Shown: positions 1 through 12,327, numbered from the stretch's first letter. The stretch: DNA of 64,000 bases from an uncultured Pseudomonadota bacterium (GCA_937907425.1 CALCIE010000082.1:13505-77504), one strand, 5' to 3'. The notes: generated by a model not told the origin, from the sequence alone. Numbers and translations are program-made.

Positions 1-648
1 GTGATCGCCATCGACGGCCCTTCGGCCTCGGGCAAGGGCACGGTCGCCGAACGCGTCGCGCGCGTGCTGGGCTTCCATTACCTGGATAGCGGGGCGCTGT
101 ACCGTCTGGTGGCGCTGGCGGCACTGCGGGCCGGCGCCGACCCGGAGGACGAGGCGCGCGTGGCCGAACTTGCGCGCGCGCTCGATGTCCGTTTCGAGTC
201 GGGTCGGATTTATCTCGCCGGTGAGGACGTCACCGACGCCATCCGGGCCGAGGAGGTCGGTGTGGCGGCGTCCCGCGTGGCTGCGCTGCCCGCCGTGCGC
301 GAGGCCCTGCTGGAGCGCCAGCGGCGCTTCCGGCAGGCGCCGGGACTGGTCGCGGACGGCCGCGACATGGGCTCCGTGGTCTTCACCGACGCCGATCTCA
401 AGGTGTTTCTGACCGCGAGTGTCGAGGCGCGCGCCCAGCGGCGTTATAAACAGTTGATGGAAAAAGGAATCCCTGCTAGCATCCACAACCTTTCGCGCGA
501 CCTGCATGAACGCGATGCGCGCGACGCGGCCAGAGCGGTCGCGCCGCTCAGGCAGATGCCGGATGCGCGCCTGCTCGACACCACCGACATGGGTGTCGAT
601 GAAGCGGTGAACCAGGTCCTTGCCTGGTACCGCGATTTGAAGTCGTAA
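1..648 (+). CDS. cmk: cytidylate kinase (N-terminus at or just beyond window edge)
   Basis: P-loop [13 protein letters not shown] near N-terminus; Cmk-like sequence throughout; classic cmk-rpsA adjacency. Confidence 0.85.
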   Translation: MIAIDGPSASGKGTVAERVARVLGFHYLDSGALYRLVALAALRAGADPEDEARVAELARALDVRFESGRIYLAGEDVTDAIRAEEVGVAASRVAALPAVREALLERQRRFRQAPGLVADGRDMGSVVFTDADLKVFLTASVEARAQRRYKQLMEKGIPASIHNLSRDLHERDARDAARAVAPLRQMPDARLLDTTDMGVDEAVNQVLAWYRDLKS

Positions 649-742
649 GTGGGTGGCTGGCTGTTGCGGCAGCCGGTCGAGTGTGCAACCAACCAACCCC
701 GCCGGTGAGTTTGGCGGAGCTGATTTTTTAGGTCACTTTTTT

Positions 743-2461
743 ATGTCTACAGCTTCTACCGCAGTCGATACCTCCAACGAGAGCTTTGCTGCGCTTTTCG
801 AAGAGAGCCTGAACCGCAAGGAGATGCGGGTCGGCGAGGTCATCACTGCGGAGGTCGTACGTGTCGACCAGAATTACGTGGTGGTGAACGCGGGACTGAA
901 GTCCGAGTCGTTCATTCCGATCGAAGAGTTCCGTGACGACCACGGCGAGGTCAACGTCAAACCGGGCGACTTCGTCAGCGTGGCGATCGAAGCGCTGGAG
1001 GACGGCTACGGCGAGACGCGGCTGTCGCGCGACAAGGCCAAGCGCCTGGCCGCGTGGATGGAACTGGAAAAAGCGCTCGAGGAACAATCCATCGTGCAGG
1101 GCGTCATCACCGGCAAGGTGAAGGGCGGCCTCACCGTCATGATCAACGGCATCCGGGCCTTCCTGCCCGGTTCGCTGGTCGACATGCGCCCCGTGAAGGA
1201 CACCACGCCTTACGAGGGCAAGACCATGGAATTCAAGGTCATCAAGCTCGACCGCAAGCGCAACAACGTCGTGGTGTCGCGCCGCGCCGTGCTTGAGGAA
1301 ACCGCCGGTGCCGAGCGCGAGGAACTGCTCAAGTCGCTGCAGGAAGGCACCATCGTCAAGGGTATCGTCAAGAACATCACCGACTACGGCGCGTTCGTGG
1401 ACCTGGGCGGCATCGACGGTCTGCTGCACATCACCGATCTCGCCTGGCGTCGCGTGAAGCACCCGAGCGAGGTGCTGAACGTGGGCGACGAAGTGACCGC
1501 CAAGGTGCTGCGCTTCGACCAGGAGAAGAACCGCGTGTCGCTGGGCCTCAAGCAGCTCGGCGAAGACCCGTGGATCGGTCTGTCGCGCCGCTATCCGCCC
1601 GGCACGCGTCTGTTCGGCAAGGTCACCAACCTCACCGACTACGGCGCGTTCGTGGAAGTGGAGCAGGGCATCGAGGGCCTGGTGCACGTCTCCGAGATGG
1701 ACTGGACCAACAAGAACGTCCATCCGTCCAAGGTGGTGCAGCTCGGCGACGAGGTCGAAGTGATGATCCTGGAGATCGACGAAGAACGTCGCCGGATCTC
1801 GCTCGGCATGAAGCAGTGCATGCCCAACCCCTGGGAAGAGTTCGCCCAGAACCACCGCAAGGGCGACCGCGTGCGCGGCCAGATCAAGTCGATCACCGAC
1901 TTCGGCATTTTCATCGGCCTGCCCGGCGGCATCGACGGCCTGGTGCACCTGTCCGACCTCTCCTGGTCGCAGCCCGGCGAGGAAGCCGTTCGCAACTACA
2001 AGAAGGGCGACGAGGTCGAGGCCATGGTGCTGGCGATCGACGTCGAGCGTGAGCGCATTTCGCTCGGCATCAAGCAGCTCGAGGGCGATCCGTTCAACGC
2101 CTTCGTCGCGACCCACGAGAAGGGTTCGGTCGTCACCGGCACGGTGCAGAGCGTTGATGCCAAGGGCGCGGTCATCCTGCTGCCCAACGACATCGAAGGC
2201 TATCTGCGGGCGTCCGAGATCTCGCGCGACCGCGTCGAGGATGCCCGTACGCATCTGAAGGAAGGCGACACGGTCACGGCGATGATCATCAACATCGACC
2301 GCAAGAATCGCCAGGTCAACCTGTCGATCAAGGCCAAGGAGATCGCCGACGAAGAGAGCGCCATGGCCAAGCTGCAGAGCGAATCTGCCGCCAGCTCCGG
2401 CAGTACCAACCTTGGCGCCTTGCTGAAAGCCAAGCTCGACAACAAGAACGCGCAGCAGTAA
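743..2461 (+). CDS. rpsA: 30S ribosomal protein S1
   Basis: Six S1 repeats (e.g. [34 protein letters not shown] motifs). ATG at 743 gives [23 protein letters not shown], typical S1 N-terminus. The 653 ORF start is upstream extension. Confidence 0.95.
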   Translation: MSTASTAVDTSNESFAALFEESLNRKEMRVGEVITAEVVRVDQNYVVVNAGLKSESFIPIEEFRDDHGEVNVKPGDFVSVAIEALEDGYGETRLSRDKAKRLAAWMELEKALEEQSIVQGVITGKVKGGLTVMINGIRAFLPGSLVDMRPVKDTTPYEGKTMEFKVIKLDRKRNNVVVSRRAVLEETAGAEREELLKSLQEGTIVKGIVKNITDYGAFVDLGGIDGLLHITDLAWRRVKHPSEVLNVGDEVTAKVLRFDQEKNRVSLGLKQLGEDPWIGLSRRYPPGTRLFGKVTNLTDYGAFVEVEQGIEGLVHVSEMDWTNKNVHPSKVVQLGDEVEVMILEIDEERRRISLGMKQCMPNPWEEFAQNHRKGDRVRGQIKSITDFGIFIGLPGGIDGLVHLSDLSWSQPGEEAVRNYKKGDEVEAMVLAIDVERERISLGIKQLEGDPFNAFVATHEKGSVVTGTVQSVDAKGAVILLPNDIEGYLRASEISRDRVEDARTHLKEGDTVTAMIINIDRKNRQVNLSIKAKEIADEESAMAKLQSESAASSGSTNLGALLKAKLDNKNAQQ

Positions 2462-2495
2462 CGCGCGCCGCTAAAGGGGCACAGGGGAGGCGTGC

Positions 2496-2801
2496 ATGAC
2501 CAAGTCGGAGCTGATCGCGCGTCTGGCCGCTCGCTATCCGCAACTGGTGGCGAAGGACGCGGAGTACGCGGTGAAGATGATTCTCGATGCGATGACCAAC
2601 AGTCTGGTCAACGGTCAGCGCATCGAGATTCGCGGGTTCGGCAGTTTCGGATTGAATTACCGTCCGGCCCGGGTCGGCCGCAACCCCAAGTCCGGCGAGA
2701 AGGTTTACGTACCCGAGAAGTACGTGCCGCACTTCAAGGCGGGCAAGGAACTGCGCGAGCGCGTGGACAACGCGCACAAATCCCAGCAGGCGAATCGCTG
2801 A
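2496..2801 (+). CDS. ihfB: integration host factor beta subunit
   Basis: [11 protein letters not shown]...[29 protein letters not shown], canonical IHF-beta/HU fold sequence; follows rpsA. Confidence 0.95.
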   Translation: MTKSELIARLAARYPQLVAKDAEYAVKMILDAMTNSLVNGQRIEIRGFGSFGLNYRPARVGRNPKSGEKVYVPEKYVPHFKAGKELRERVDNAHKSQQANR

Positions 2802-2810
2802 AGGGAGAGG

Positions 2811-2846
2811 AAATCGGCGCGGCGCAATCCCGCGCCGATTTCGTTT
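2811..2846 (+). terminator. rho-independent terminator after ihfB
   Basis: Stem ATCGGCGCG (2813-2821) / CGCGCCGAT (2831-2839) followed by TTCGTTT. Confidence 0.6.
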
Positions 2847-2923
2847 ATGGAGGCCGGCGCTCTTGCGGCTTCCGCATTTGAAAGCTATACAGGAAGCCGT
2901 CCACCGGCTCTGAATTGGTAGCC

Positions 2924-3244
2924 ATGGCGCTGATCCGCTTTTTCATTCTGCTGGTCTGGTTGCTGGTCTTCGTCGTGCTGCTGTTGTTTGCGGCCAAGAA
3001 CGTCGAACCGGTCACGCTGCGTTTCTACTTCGACCAGGCGTGGGAGGCGCCGCTGATCGTGATCGTGCTCGCGGCCTTCGCCGCGGGGGCGCTGTTCGGC
3101 GTCGCCGCATGCATACCCCCGCTGGTGCGCAGCCGCCGCACGGCCATGAACCTGCGCCGCGAGCTGCGCATCCGCGACAAGGCGGTCGCGAAGCCCGAAC
3201 CGTCCACAACGTCTGCCGTCACCGATGTTTCCACTTCAGTCTGA
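2924..3244 (+). CDS. lapA: LapA-family lipopolysaccharide assembly protein (DUF1049)
   Basis: Small two-TM protein directly upstream of lapB. ATG 2924 preferred over TTG 2915. Confidence 0.7.
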   Translation: MALIRFFILLVWLLVFVVLLLFAAKNVEPVTLRFYFDQAWEAPLIVIVLAAFAAGALFGVAACIPPLVRSRRTAMNLRRELRIRDKAVAKPEPSTTSAVTDVSTSV

Positions 3245-3295
3245 GGCGCCCGGCACGGTGTGGGCACGTTTCATCGCGTAGCGTAAACGGGCGGC

Positions 3296-4471
3296 ATGGA
3301 ATTCGATCTCTGGTGGCTCATCGTCTGCCCGCTGTTCTTCGGCCTGGGCTGGCTGGCGGCGCGCATCGACATCAAGCATCTGCTGCTGGAATCGCGCGCC
3401 CTGCCGCGCTCCTACTTCAAGGGCCTCAACTTCCTGCTCAACGAACAGCCGGACAAGGCCATCGAGGCCTTCATCGAAGTGGTCAAGGTCGATCCCGAGA
3501 CCGTCGAACTGCATTTCGCGCTCGGCAGCCTGTTCCGCCGCCGCGGCGAAACCGAGCGCGCCATCCGCATGCACCGCAGTCTGCTGGAGCGTCCCGATCT
3601 GGGCGAGGAGCAGCGCGTGCAGGCGCTCTACGAACTGGGACAGGACTATCTCAAGGCCGGGCTGCTGGACCGTGCCGAGGAGGTGTTCCTCAAGCTGAGC
3701 GAAGGGCCGCACCGCATGGAGGCCCTGCGCCACCTGCTCGACATCTACCAGCAGGAGAAGGAGTGGCGGAAGGCGATCGACGTCGCCCAGCGCCTGGAGA
3801 AGGAGTCCGGCCAGTCGTGGCAGAAGGAGATCGCCAATTTCCACTGCGAGATCGCGGCGGCGGCCTCCACCGGCGGCCGCACCGAGGAAGCGCGCGCCGA
3901 ACTGCAGCGGGCCCTGGACGCCAACCGGCGCTGTGTGCGGGCGAGTATCATGCTCGGCGACCTGGCCGCGGCCGCCGGCAATCATGCCGAGGCCATCGAG
4001 CACTGGACGCGCGTGGAGCGTCAGAACCCGACTTATCTCTCGCTGGTGGCGCAGCGTCTGCTGAAGAGCTTCCAGGCTCAGGGGCGGGGCCGCGAAGGCA
4101 TCGAGCGGCTGCGCAACTATCTCGCCAACTATCCCTCGCTGGATCTGCTCGACGTGGTGTTCCAGGTGACGCTGGACGAGGAGGGGCCGGAAGAGGCCTA
4201 CCGCCTGGTGCGCGACGAGCTGCGGCGCAACCCGACCCTGATCGGGCTGGACAAGCTGTTCGAGGCCGAGATCCTCGCCGCGCCGGTCGAACGGCGCAAC
4301 GACCTGGAACTGGTGAAGAACCTGGTGCACCAGCACACGCGCCGCCTGGCGCGCTACCGCTGCAAGGACTGCGGCTTCAAGGCGCGCCAGTTCTACTGGC
4401 AGTGCCCGGCCTGCATGGGCTGGGAGACCTATCCGCCCAAGCGGGCGGAAGAGTACGACCTCGCTCCCTGA
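3296..4471 (+). CDS. lapB: lipopolysaccharide assembly protein LapB (TPR + C-terminal rubredoxin-type zinc finger)
   Basis: N-terminal TM, TPR repeats, C-terminal YRCKDCGF...YWQCPACMGW metal site; collinear with E. coli LapB/YciM. Confidence 0.9.
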   Translation: MEFDLWWLIVCPLFFGLGWLAARIDIKHLLLESRALPRSYFKGLNFLLNEQPDKAIEAFIEVVKVDPETVELHFALGSLFRRRGETERAIRMHRSLLERPDLGEEQRVQALYELGQDYLKAGLLDRAEEVFLKLSEGPHRMEALRHLLDIYQQEKEWRKAIDVAQRLEKESGQSWQKEIANFHCEIAAAASTGGRTEEARAELQRALDANRRCVRASIMLGDLAAAAGNHAEAIEHWTRVERQNPTYLSLVAQRLLKSFQAQGRGREGIERLRNYLANYPSLDLLDVVFQVTLDEEGPEEAYRLVRDELRRNPTLIGLDKLFEAEILAAPVERRNDLELVKNLVHQHTRRLARYRCKDCGFKARQFYWQCPACMGWETYPPKRAEEYDLAP

Positions 4472-4527
4472 TGGCGACACGAATCTTGCATCCAGGCGCC
4501 CAGTGCCATTGACGAAGGAGTAAGTCC

Positions 4528-5853
4528 TTGAAGATCACCATGATCGGCACCGGATACGTGGGTCTGGTCTCCGGTGCGTGCCTGGCCGAGGTCGGCAACG
4601 ACGTGCTGTGTTTCGACGTCGACCGGCAAAAGATCGAGATCCTGGAAGCCGGCGGCATCCCCATCTACGAACCGGGCCTGCTGGAGATGGTGCAGCGCAA
4701 CCGGGCCGCGGGGCGGCTGCGCTTCACCACCGACGTGGAGGAAAGCGTTGCCTGGGGCGACGTGCAGTTCATCGCCGTCGGCACGCCGCCCGACGAGGAC
4801 GGTTCGGCCGACGTGAAACACGTGGTCTCGGCCGCGCGCGCGATCGGCCGGCACATGAACTGGTACAAGGTCATCGTCGACAAGTCCACGGTGCCGGTGG
4901 GCACGGCCGACGCCGTCAGGGCAGCCATCGCCGAGGAGCTGAAGGCGCGCAACCTCGACATCCCGTTCTCGGTCGTCTCCAACCCCGAGTTCCTCAAGGA
5001 AGGGGCTGCGGTCGAGGATTTCATGCGGCCCGACCGCATCATCATCGGCAGCGACGACGAGCATGCCACCCGCGTCATGCGCAGCATCTATGCGCCCTTC
5101 CAGCGCAACCATGAACGGTTGATCGTGATGGATGTGCGCTCGGCGGAGCTCACCAAGTACGCCGCCAACGCCATGCTGGCCACGCGCATCTCGTTCATGA
5201 ACGAGATGGCCAACCTGGCCGAGAAACTCGGCGCCGACATCGAGCAGGTGCGCCGCGGCATCGGCTCCGATCCGCGCATCGGCTGGCACTTCCTCTATCC
5301 AGGCGTGGGCTACGGCGGCTCCTGCTTCCCCAAGGACGTGAAAGCGGTGCTGCGTACGGCCGCCGCGCACGGGATGCAGATGCATCTGCTGGAAGCCGTG
5401 GAGCGCGTCAACGAGGCGCAGAAGCACGTGCTCGTGAAGAAGATCGTGCAGCGCATGGGCGAGGACCTGCGGGGCAAATGCTTCGCGCTCTGGGGGCTCG
5501 CCTTCAAGCCGAATACAGACGACATGCGCGAGGCCCCCAGCCGCGTACTGGTTGCGGAGCTGCTCAAGCGCGGCGCCACGATCCACGCCTACGACCCGGC
5601 GGCGATGGACGAGGCGCGGCGCGTGTTCGGCGACGAGCCGCGCATCCGCTACGCCGCATCGCCCATGGGGGCGCTGGAGGGTGCGGACGCCCTGGCCATC
5701 GTCACCGAATGGAAAGAATTCCGCAGCCCGGATTTCGCGAGCATCAAGCGAGCGCTGAAGCAGCCGCTGGTGTTCGACGGACGCAATCTCTACGACCCGC
5801 GCGACGTGCGCGAAGCGGGTCTGGAATATTTCGCGATCGGACGGCCCGCTTGA
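4528..5853 (+). CDS. ugd: UDP-glucose 6-dehydrogenase
   Basis: (M)[25 protein letters not shown] Rossmann N-terminus, GGSCFPKD catalytic Cys motif. TTG start 7 nt after GAAGGAG. Confidence 0.9.
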   Translation: MKITMIGTGYVGLVSGACLAEVGNDVLCFDVDRQKIEILEAGGIPIYEPGLLEMVQRNRAAGRLRFTTDVEESVAWGDVQFIAVGTPPDEDGSADVKHVVSAARAIGRHMNWYKVIVDKSTVPVGTADAVRAAIAEELKARNLDIPFSVVSNPEFLKEGAAVEDFMRPDRIIIGSDDEHATRVMRSIYAPFQRNHERLIVMDVRSAELTKYAANAMLATRISFMNEMANLAEKLGADIEQVRRGIGSDPRIGWHFLYPGVGYGGSCFPKDVKAVLRTAAAHGMQMHLLEAVERVNEAQKHVLVKKIVQRMGEDLRGKCFALWGLAFKPNTDDMREAPSRVLVAELLKRGATIHAYDPAAMDEARRVFGDEPRIRYAASPMGALEGADALAIVTEWKEFRSPDFASIKRALKQPLVFDGRNLYDPRDVREAGLEYFAIGRPA

Positions 5854-6794
5854 AAGTCACGCTACCTTCCTTCGAAAACGCGCGCGTCCTCGTGGTCGGG
5901 GACGTGATGCTCGACCGTTACTGGTTCGGCGAGGTGAGCCGCATTTCCCCCGAGGCGCCGGTGCCGGTGGTGCGGGTCGAACGCACCGAGGAGCGGCCCG
6001 GCGGTGCGGCCAACGTCGCCCGCAATATCGTCGCCCTGGGCGCCCGGGCGGCGCTGCTTTCCGTGGTGGGGCGGGACGAGGCCGGCGCGAGCCTCAAACG
6101 CCTCGCGGAGGCGTCAGGGGTGCGCGCGAGCCTGCACGTGGACGCCGCGTTCTCCACCACCGTGAAGCTGCGCGTGATCGGACGCCAGCAGCAGCTGCTG
6201 CGCATCGATTTCGAAACCATGCCGAGCCACGAGGTGCTGGCGGCGAAACTGCAGGAATTCGAGCGGGCGATCGAGGACTGCCAGGTCGTCATCCTGTCCG
6301 ATTACGGCAAGGGCGGGCTGACCCACATCGAGACGATGATACGGCTGGCGCGCGAGCGCGGCCGTACGGTGCTGGTCGATCCCAAGGGCGACGACTATTC
6401 GCGCTATCGCGGTGCCACCGCGGTGACGCCCAACCGCGCCGAGCTGCGCGAGGTGGTGGGCCGTTGGAAGGACGAGGAGGATCTCACCCGCCGCGCCCAG
6501 GCGCTGCGGGACGAGCTCGACCTGGACGCCATCCTGCTCACCCGCAGCGAGGAGGGCATGACGCTCTACCAGCGCGACCGGGTGGTGCACGAGCCGACCA
6601 AGGCGCGCGAGGTGTACGACGTCAGCGGCGCGGGCGACACCGTCATCGCCACGCTGGGGACCATGCTGGCCAGCGGCGCGGGCATGGTCGAGGCGATGCG
6701 CGTGGCCAATCACGCCGCCGGCATCGTCGTTGGTAAACTAGGCACTGCGGTGGTCCACCGGGACGAGCTGCTCGCCGAGCTGAACGCCCACTGA
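5850..6794 (+). CDS. hldA: D-glycero-beta-D-manno-heptose-7-phosphate kinase (HldE kinase domain only)
   Basis: TTG-initiated (M)[40 protein letters not shown] matches the N-terminus of E. coli HldE. About 314 aa, so no adenylyltransferase domain. Start overlaps ugd stop by 4 nt. Confidence 0.85.
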   Translation: MKVTLPSFENARVLVVGDVMLDRYWFGEVSRISPEAPVPVVRVERTEERPGGAANVARNIVALGARAALLSVVGRDEAGASLKRLAEASGVRASLHVDAAFSTTVKLRVIGRQQQLLRIDFETMPSHEVLAAKLQEFERAIEDCQVVILSDYGKGGLTHIETMIRLARERGRTVLVDPKGDDYSRYRGATAVTPNRAELREVVGRWKDEEDLTRRAQALRDELDLDAILLTRSEEGMTLYQRDRVVHEPTKAREVYDVSGAGDTVIATLGTMLASGAGMVEAMRVANHAAGIVVGKLGTAVVHRDELLAELNAH

Positions 6795-6838
6795 GCACGG
6801 GCGCACCGTCCGGGACCTCCCCATCCTCGAACAGTCTT

Positions 6839-7858
6839 ATGGCCACTTATTACGTCGTCACCGGCGCAGCCGGCTTCATCGGTTCCAATCTCGTGCGGGC
6901 GCTCAACGAGCGCGGCATTGACAACATCATCGCGGTTGACAACCTGTCGCGCGCCGACAAGTTCCGCAACCTGGTGAACTGCGAGATCGCCGACTTCTTC
7001 GACAAGGAGGACTTCATCCAGCGGCTGCGGGCCGGCGCCTTCGAAGGCGCCTTCGAGGCGGTGCTGCACCAGGGCGCGTGCTCCGACACCATGGAGACCG
7101 ACGGCCGCTACATGATGGAGAACAACTACCGCTATTCCGTGACGCTGCTCGATTTCTGCCAGGAGGAGGACATCCCGTTCATCTACGCCTCTTCCGCCTC
7201 CGTGTACGGCGCCGGCAAGGTGTTCCGCGAAGCGCGCGAGTTCGAGGCGCCGCTCAACGTCTACGGTTATTCGAAATTCCTGTTCGACCAGGTGGTACGG
7301 CGGCGGCTGCCCGCTGCCGATTCGCAGATCGTCGGGTTCCGCTATTTCAACGTCTACGGCCCGAACGAGGCGCACAAGGGGCGCATGGCCTCGGTAGCCT
7401 GGCATTTTTACAACCAGTACCGGCAGAACGGCCGGGTGAAGCTGTTCGAGGGCAGCGACGGCTACGGCGACGGCGAGCAGCGGCGCGACTTCGTCTCGGT
7501 CGAGGACGTCGTCAAGGTCAACCTGCATTTCCTCGAGCGGCCGCAGTATTCGGGCATCTACAACGTCGGCACCGGCCGCGCGCAGTCGTTCAACGAGATG
7601 GCGGTGGCGACCATCAACGCCTGCCGGCGCGCCGAGCGCAAGCCGCCGGCCTCATTGGACGAACTCAAGGCACTGGGCGCGATCGAATACATTCCGTTCC
7701 CCGAAGCGCTCAAGGGCAAATACCAGAGCTATACCGAGGCGGACATCACCGCCTTGCGCAATGCCGACTACCAGGCGCCGTTCCTTTCGGTGGCCGAGGG
7801 TGTCGAGCGCTATGTCGACGAACTGATGCGGCGAGAAGGCCATGTACAAAACGATTGA
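6839..7858 (+). CDS. hldD: ADP-glyceromanno-heptose 6-epimerase
   Basis: [22 protein letters not shown]...HQGACSDT...YGYSK motifs, collinear with RfaD/HldD. Confidence 0.9.
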   Translation: MATYYVVTGAAGFIGSNLVRALNERGIDNIIAVDNLSRADKFRNLVNCEIADFFDKEDFIQRLRAGAFEGAFEAVLHQGACSDTMETDGRYMMENNYRYSVTLLDFCQEEDIPFIYASSASVYGAGKVFREAREFEAPLNVYGYSKFLFDQVVRRRLPAADSQIVGFRYFNVYGPNEAHKGRMASVAWHFYNQYRQNGRVKLFEGSDGYGDGEQRRDFVSVEDVVKVNLHFLERPQYSGIYNVGTGRAQSFNEMAVATINACRRAERKPPASLDELKALGAIEYIPFPEALKGKYQSYTEADITALRNADYQAPFLSVAEGVERYVDELMRREGHVQND

Positions 7859-8729
7859 TGCGACCATCGGCGAAACGCCGCTCGTGCGCCTGCAGCGCCT
7901 GCCGGGCAAGACCAGCAATGTGGTGCTCTGCAAGCTGGAAGGCAACAACCCGGCGGGATCGGTGAAGGACCGGCCGGCGTTTTCGATGATTAAGCGGGCC
8001 GAGGAGCGCGGCGAGATCAAGCCCGGCGACACCCTCATCGAGGCGACCAGCGGCAACACCGGCATCGCGCTCGCCATGGCGGCGGCCATGCTGGGCTACC
8101 GCATGATCCTGATCATGCCCGAACACCTTTCGGTCGAACGCCGCCAGACCATGCGCGCCTTCGGCGCCGAGATCATCCTCACGCCCAAGGCGGGCGGCAT
8201 GGAGGCCGCGCGCGACCTCGCGGACAAGATGGTGGCCGAAGGCAAGGGGCGCATGCTCGACCAGTTCGCCAACCCGGACAACCCGCGCGCCCATTACGAA
8301 GGCACCGCGCCGGAAATCTGGCGCGACACCGAGGGCAAGATCACGCATTTCGTGAGCAGCATGGGCACCACCGGCACCATCGTCGGCTGCTCGCGCTACT
8401 TCAAGGAACGCAATCCGAACATCCAGATCATCGGCTGCCAGCCCGAGGAGGGGTCGCAGATTCCGGGCATCCGCAAATGGCCGGAAGCCTATCTGCCGAA
8501 GATCTACGATCCCTCCTGCGTGGACCGGCTGGAGTACGTCAGCCAGGCCGAAGCCGAGGAGATGGCGCGGCGGCTCGCGCGCGAGGAAGGCATCTTCGCA
8601 GGCATTTCCTCGGGCGGCGCGGTGGCGGTGGCGCTGCGCATCTCCGCGCAGGTGGAGAACGCGGTGATCGTGGCCATCGTCTGCGACCGCGGCGACCGTT
8701 ATCTCTCCACCGGCGTGTTCCCGGAGTGA
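7842..8729 (+). CDS. cysM: cysteine synthase B
   Basis: [12 protein letters not shown]...[15 protein letters not shown] (PLP lysine) ...SGNTGIALA; 17-nt overlap with hldD. Confidence 0.9.
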   Translation: MYKTIDATIGETPLVRLQRLPGKTSNVVLCKLEGNNPAGSVKDRPAFSMIKRAEERGEIKPGDTLIEATSGNTGIALAMAAAMLGYRMILIMPEHLSVERRQTMRAFGAEIILTPKAGGMEAARDLADKMVAEGKGRMLDQFANPDNPRAHYEGTAPEIWRDTEGKITHFVSSMGTTGTIVGCSRYFKERNPNIQIIGCQPEEGSQIPGIRKWPEAYLPKIYDPSCVDRLEYVSQAEAEEMARRLAREEGIFAGISSGGAVAVALRISAQVENAVIVAIVCDRGDRYLSTGVFPE

Positions 8730-8731
8730 GG

Positions 8732-9520
8732 ATGGCGGCGACGCTGGTCTTCGACATCGAAACGGTGCCCGACGTCGCGGGTTACCGCCTGCTCTACGAC
8801 ATCGATCCCGAACTGCCGGACGCCGAGGTGGCGGAACTCGCCTTCCAGCGCCGGCGTGCGCAGAACGGTTCCGATTTCCTGCCCCTGCATCTGCAGCGCG
8901 TGGTGGCGATCGCCTGTGTGCTGCGCGACAACGACAGTCTGAAGGTCTGGTCGCTCGGCACGCCGGAGGATTCGGAGGCGGCGCTGCTGCAGCGCTTCTT
9001 CGACGGCATCGAGAAGTACACGCCCCAGCTCGTCTCCTGGAACGGCGCCGGCTTCGACATGCCGGTGATGCATTACCGCAGCCTGCTGCACGGCGTGGTG
9101 GCGGGGCGCTACTGGGATTGCGGCGAAGGCGATTATCCCGACAGCCGCGATTTCAAGTGGAACAACTACATCAACCGCTACCACACCCGGCACCTGGATC
9201 TCATGGACCTGCTGGCGCTCTACCAGCCGCGCGCCAACGCGCCGCTGGATCAACTGGCGAAGCTGATGGGGTTCCCGGGCAAGCTGGGGATGGACGGCTC
9301 GCAGGTGTGGCAGGCCTACTGCGAGGGCCGCATCGACGAGATCCGCAACTACTGCGAAACGGATGTCGTCAACACCTGGCTCGTCTATCTCCGTTTCGAG
9401 CTGATGCGGGGCAGCATCGACCGCGCGCGTTACGAACGCGAGGTGGAACTGGTGCGCGCGACCCTGGCTAAAATCGACGCCCCGCATTGGCGCCAATTCC
9501 TCGCCGAATGGCGCGCCTGA
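8732..9520 (+). CDS. predicted 3'-5' exonuclease (PolB exonuclease-like, RNase H fold)
   Basis: [10 protein letters not shown] (ExoI-like DxE), [10 protein letters not shown], ...YCETDVVNT (ExoIII-like) motifs. ATG 8732 lies 2 nt after cysM stop. Confidence 0.7.
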   Translation: MAATLVFDIETVPDVAGYRLLYDIDPELPDAEVAELAFQRRRAQNGSDFLPLHLQRVVAIACVLRDNDSLKVWSLGTPEDSEAALLQRFFDGIEKYTPQLVSWNGAGFDMPVMHYRSLLHGVVAGRYWDCGEGDYPDSRDFKWNNYINRYHTRHLDLMDLLALYQPRANAPLDQLAKLMGFPGKLGMDGSQVWQAYCEGRIDEIRNYCETDVVNTWLVYLRFELMRGSIDRARYEREVELVRATLAKIDAPHWRQFLAEWRA

Positions 9521-9554
9521 AGCGCGCCGCTTTTTTTCACACTCAGGTTGTCCA

Positions 9555-10844
9555 TTGCCGTACGCAGTCGTCGAATCGCTTGATCGGGAAGGCCGCGGCG
9601 TCGCGCACGTCGACGGCAAAGCCGTGTTCATCGAAGGCGCGTTGCCGGGCGAGCACGTCGAATACGAATCCTATCGGCGCAAGCCCACCTACGAGCTTGC
9701 GCAGGTCGTCACGGTGCTGCGCGAAAGCGCGGGCCGCGTACGGCCGAGATGCCCGCATTTCGGCGTCTGCGGCGGCTGCGCCATGCAGCACGCGGAGCCG
9801 CGCATGCAGGTGGCCGCCAAGCAGCGGGTGCTGGAAGACGCCTTCGAGCACATCGGCAAGGTGCGGCCGGAGCGCATGCTGTCGCCGGTGTACGGGCAGC
9901 CCTGGGGTTACCGGCACCGCGCGCGTCTGTCCGCGCGTCTCGTGCCCAAGAAGGGCGGCGTGCTGGTGGGCTTCCACGAGCGCCGCAGCAGCTACGTCGC
10001 CGACATGCACGACTGCTTCGTGCTGCCGCCGCATGTGGCGGCGCTCATCGATCCCTTGAGGGAGCTCGTCGGGCGGCTCACCATCGTCGATCGCATGCCG
10101 CAGATCGAGGTGTCGGTAGGCGAGGCGGTGACGGTGCTGGTCTTCCGCATCCTCGAACCGCTCGCGCCGGAGGACGAGGACCTGCTGAAGGCTTTCGCCG
10201 ACCGCCACGGCGTACAGATCTGGCTGCAGCCCAAGGGGCCGGACTCGGCGGCGCCTTACTATCCGCTCGACGCGGCGCCGCTCTATTACGCGCTGCCCGA
10301 GTTCGGCGTGCGGATCCATTTCCTGCCCACCGACTTCACCCAGGTCAACCACGCCATCAACACGGTGCTGGTACGTCGCGCCCTGCGGCTGCTCGATCCG
10401 CAGCCGGGTGAACGCGTGCTCGATCTCTTCTGCGGGCTGGGCAATTTCACCCTGCCGATCGCGACCTCGGGCGCGGCGGTGACGGGCTACGAAGGCAACC
10501 CAGGGCTGGTGGCACGGGCGCAGCGCAATGCCGAACTGAACGGCCTGCGGGCGCGCTTCGAGGCGGCGAACCTGTTCGAGGAAACCACCTGCCGCCGCCT
10601 GCCTCTGGCAGCAGCGGACAAGCTGCTCATCGACCCGCCGCGCGAAGGCGCGATCGAAGTCGTGAAGGCGCTCGGCGACGACGCGCCCCGACGCATCGTG
10701 TACGTCTCCTGCGACCCGGCGACACTGGCGCGCGACGCCGCCGTTCTGGTCCACACCAAGGGCTATGCGCTGAAGGCGGCGGGCGTGGTGAACATGTTCC
10801 CGCACACGGCGCACGTCGAGTCGATCGCGCTCTTCGAGCGCTGA
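9555..10844 (+). CDS. rlmD: 23S rRNA (uracil1939-C5)-methyltransferase
   Basis: TRAM-like N-terminus, Fe-S cluster cysteines [17 protein letters not shown] motif [14 protein letters not shown]-terminal [11 protein letters not shown]...[11 protein letters not shown] start. Confidence 0.85.
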   Translation: MPYAVVESLDREGRGVAHVDGKAVFIEGALPGEHVEYESYRRKPTYELAQVVTVLRESAGRVRPRCPHFGVCGGCAMQHAEPRMQVAAKQRVLEDAFEHIGKVRPERMLSPVYGQPWGYRHRARLSARLVPKKGGVLVGFHERRSSYVADMHDCFVLPPHVAALIDPLRELVGRLTIVDRMPQIEVSVGEAVTVLVFRILEPLAPEDEDLLKAFADRHGVQIWLQPKGPDSAAPYYPLDAAPLYYALPEFGVRIHFLPTDFTQVNHAINTVLVRRALRLLDPQPGERVLDLFCGLGNFTLPIATSGAAVTGYEGNPGLVARAQRNAELNGLRARFEAANLFEETTCRRLPLAAADKLLIDPPREGAIEVVKALGDDAPRRIVYVSCDPATLARDAAVLVHTKGYALKAAGVVNMFPHTAHVESIALFER

Positions 10845-10856
10845 CTTCCGCGCGCA

Positions 10857-10887
10857 AAAGAAAAAGGGCCGCAACTTGCGGCCCTTT
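10857..10887. terminator. bidirectional rho-independent terminator (rlmD / BI-1 gene convergent)
   Basis: A-run, stem GGGCCGC (10866-10872) / GCGGCCC (10878-10884), TTT. Confidence 0.7.
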
Positions 10888-10907
10888 CCGTATCGGCGGA
10901 TGCGGAC

Positions 10908-11609
10908 TTAGTCGCGCTCGCCCGCCAGCGCCATCAGCAGATGGAGCAGGTTGGCGAAGATGTTGAACAGGCTGAGATAGACGCCCGTGGTCGCCATGAT
11001 GTAGTTGGTCTCGCCGCCGCGGATGATGCGCTGCAGGTCGTAGAGCAGGAACAGCGAGAACACCACGATCACCAGCGTGGAGATCGTCAGCGCCAGCGCC
11101 GGGATCTGCAGGAACATGTTGGCGAACATGGCGATGAGCAGCGCGATCATGCCGACGAACAGGAACTTGCCCATCCCGCTGAAGTCGCGCTTGGTGGTCG
11201 CGGCGATCGTTCCCATGGCGAAAAAGATCACGCCGGTGCCGACCGCGGCATAGCCGACCAGTTGCATGCCGTTGCTGAGCGAGAGCGCCACGTTCAACAG
11301 CGGGCCGAGCCACCAGCCGAGCACGCCGGTCATCAACAGCAGCAGGGCGACGCCGACCCAGCTGTTGCGGTTGGCGGCGATGGCGTATTGGAGGCCGATC
11401 ACGACCGCCAGGGCGACGATCGAGCTGATGAACGGGCTCGCCATGACGATACCCGCGGTCTGCATGCCGATCATCGCCCCGATGAAGGTGGGCACCATGG
11501 TCAGTGCGAGCAGCATGTAGGTGTTGCGCAGGACGCGATTCTGGGCGGCGACCTGGCCGGCGCTGCGGCCGAAGGTGTTCGTCTGAACCGGTTGCGGGTT
11601 GAGTTGCAT
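10908..11609 (-). CDS. Bax inhibitor-1/YccA family membrane protein
   Basis: 7-TM protein; N-terminal VLRNTYMLLALTM and overall BI-1/YccA-like sequence. ATG at 11609 (MQLNPQPV). Confidence 0.85.
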   Translation of the reverse strand: MQLNPQPVQTNTFGRSAGQVAAQNRVLRNTYMLLALTMVPTFIGAMIGMQTAGIVMASPFISSIVALAVVIGLQYAIAANRNSWVGVALLLLMTGVLGWWLGPLLNVALSLSNGMQLVGYAAVGTGVIFFAMGTIAATTKRDFSGMGKFLFVGMIALLIAMFANMFLQIPALALTISTLVIVVFSLFLLYDLQRIIRGGETNYIMATTGVYLSLFNIFANLLHLLMALAGERD

Positions 11610-11906
11610 GTGCTTGGTTCTCCTGTGATGTCCTTGACGGGACCGTAACTTAGATCGGGCCCCGTGCGCAAGGTTCAAGAAGCCTCAGGTCGGCGGCTGC
11701 ATATTTTTCGGAAGGCGCGCATAGTGGGGGCTCGGCTGTTAATCATAAGACATTGATAAAAAACAATTTTTATCCCTGAGCCGGTGTTGCCGCAAACAGG
11801 GAGCGAATTCCTACCCCACGGGACCTTCTTACCGGCACGGCATGAGCACGCGCCGGAACAGGCTACGTCCGGAGATGGCTTGCGAGCCGCGGATTCTTTT
11901 GGAGTT

Positions 11907-11994
11907 TGGCGGAAGCGGTGGGATTCGAACCCACGAACGGTTGTCCGTTGCCGGTTTTCAAGACCGGTGCCTTAAACCACTCGGCCACGCTTCC
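11907..11994 (-). tRNA. tRNA-Ser (anticodon UGA), CCA encoded
   Basis: Cloverleaf read by hand: acceptor GGAAGCG/CGCTTCC, anticodon loop CTTGAAA, long variable arm, T-loop GGTTCGAATCC. Confidence 0.9.
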
Positions 11995-12012
11995 GGTGAG
12001 GCAGCAGACGCT

Positions 12013-12327
12013 TCAGCCCTTCTCGGCACCGTCCTCCTTGCGGCGCTTCGACTTGATGGCTTTGCGCAGGTTGCGATAGAGGTCGGGATGTTCGGCCTTC
12101 AGGTATTCGATGATCTCGAAATCCTCTTTTTTCACCTTGCTCAGGTCGATCTTCTCCACGTGGACCAGGCGCAACAGCTCGCGCACGGGCTTGGGCATGG
12201 AGCGCCCGCTCTCGTAGCGCGACCCCCCGCTTTGCGTCACCCCGATCTTGGTCCAGAACTCCTGCTGGTTCATGCCGAGTTTCTGGCGGAGTTCGCGCGG
12301 GTTTATGGTGAAATTGAAGAGCTTCAT
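12013..12327 (-). CDS. XRE-type helix-turn-helix domain protein
   Basis: LRQKLGMNQQEFWTKIGVTQSGGSRYESG HTH motif. ATG 12327 (MKLFNF) preferred over upstream ORF start. Confidence 0.7.
   Translation of the reverse strand: MKLFNFTINPRELRQKLGMNQQEFWTKIGVTQSGGSRYESGRSMPKPVRELLRLVHVEKIDLSKVKKEDFEIIEYLKAEHPDLYRNLRKAIKSKRRKEDGAEKG

Noticed and set aside
653-742. Upstream extension of rpsA to the ORF start at 653
   Set aside because: The S1 N-terminus (MSTAS...[10 protein letters not shown]) begins at ATG 743, and the extension is Cys/Gly/Ser-rich junk.
728-2254. 508-aa ORF antisense to rpsA
   Set aside because: Shadow ORF opposite a highly conserved ribosomal protein gene, with no recognisable domain. 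The same reasoning applies to 17029-19491, 45265-47187, 55981-58203, 41207-42913 and the many other long antisense or offset ORFs in the track.
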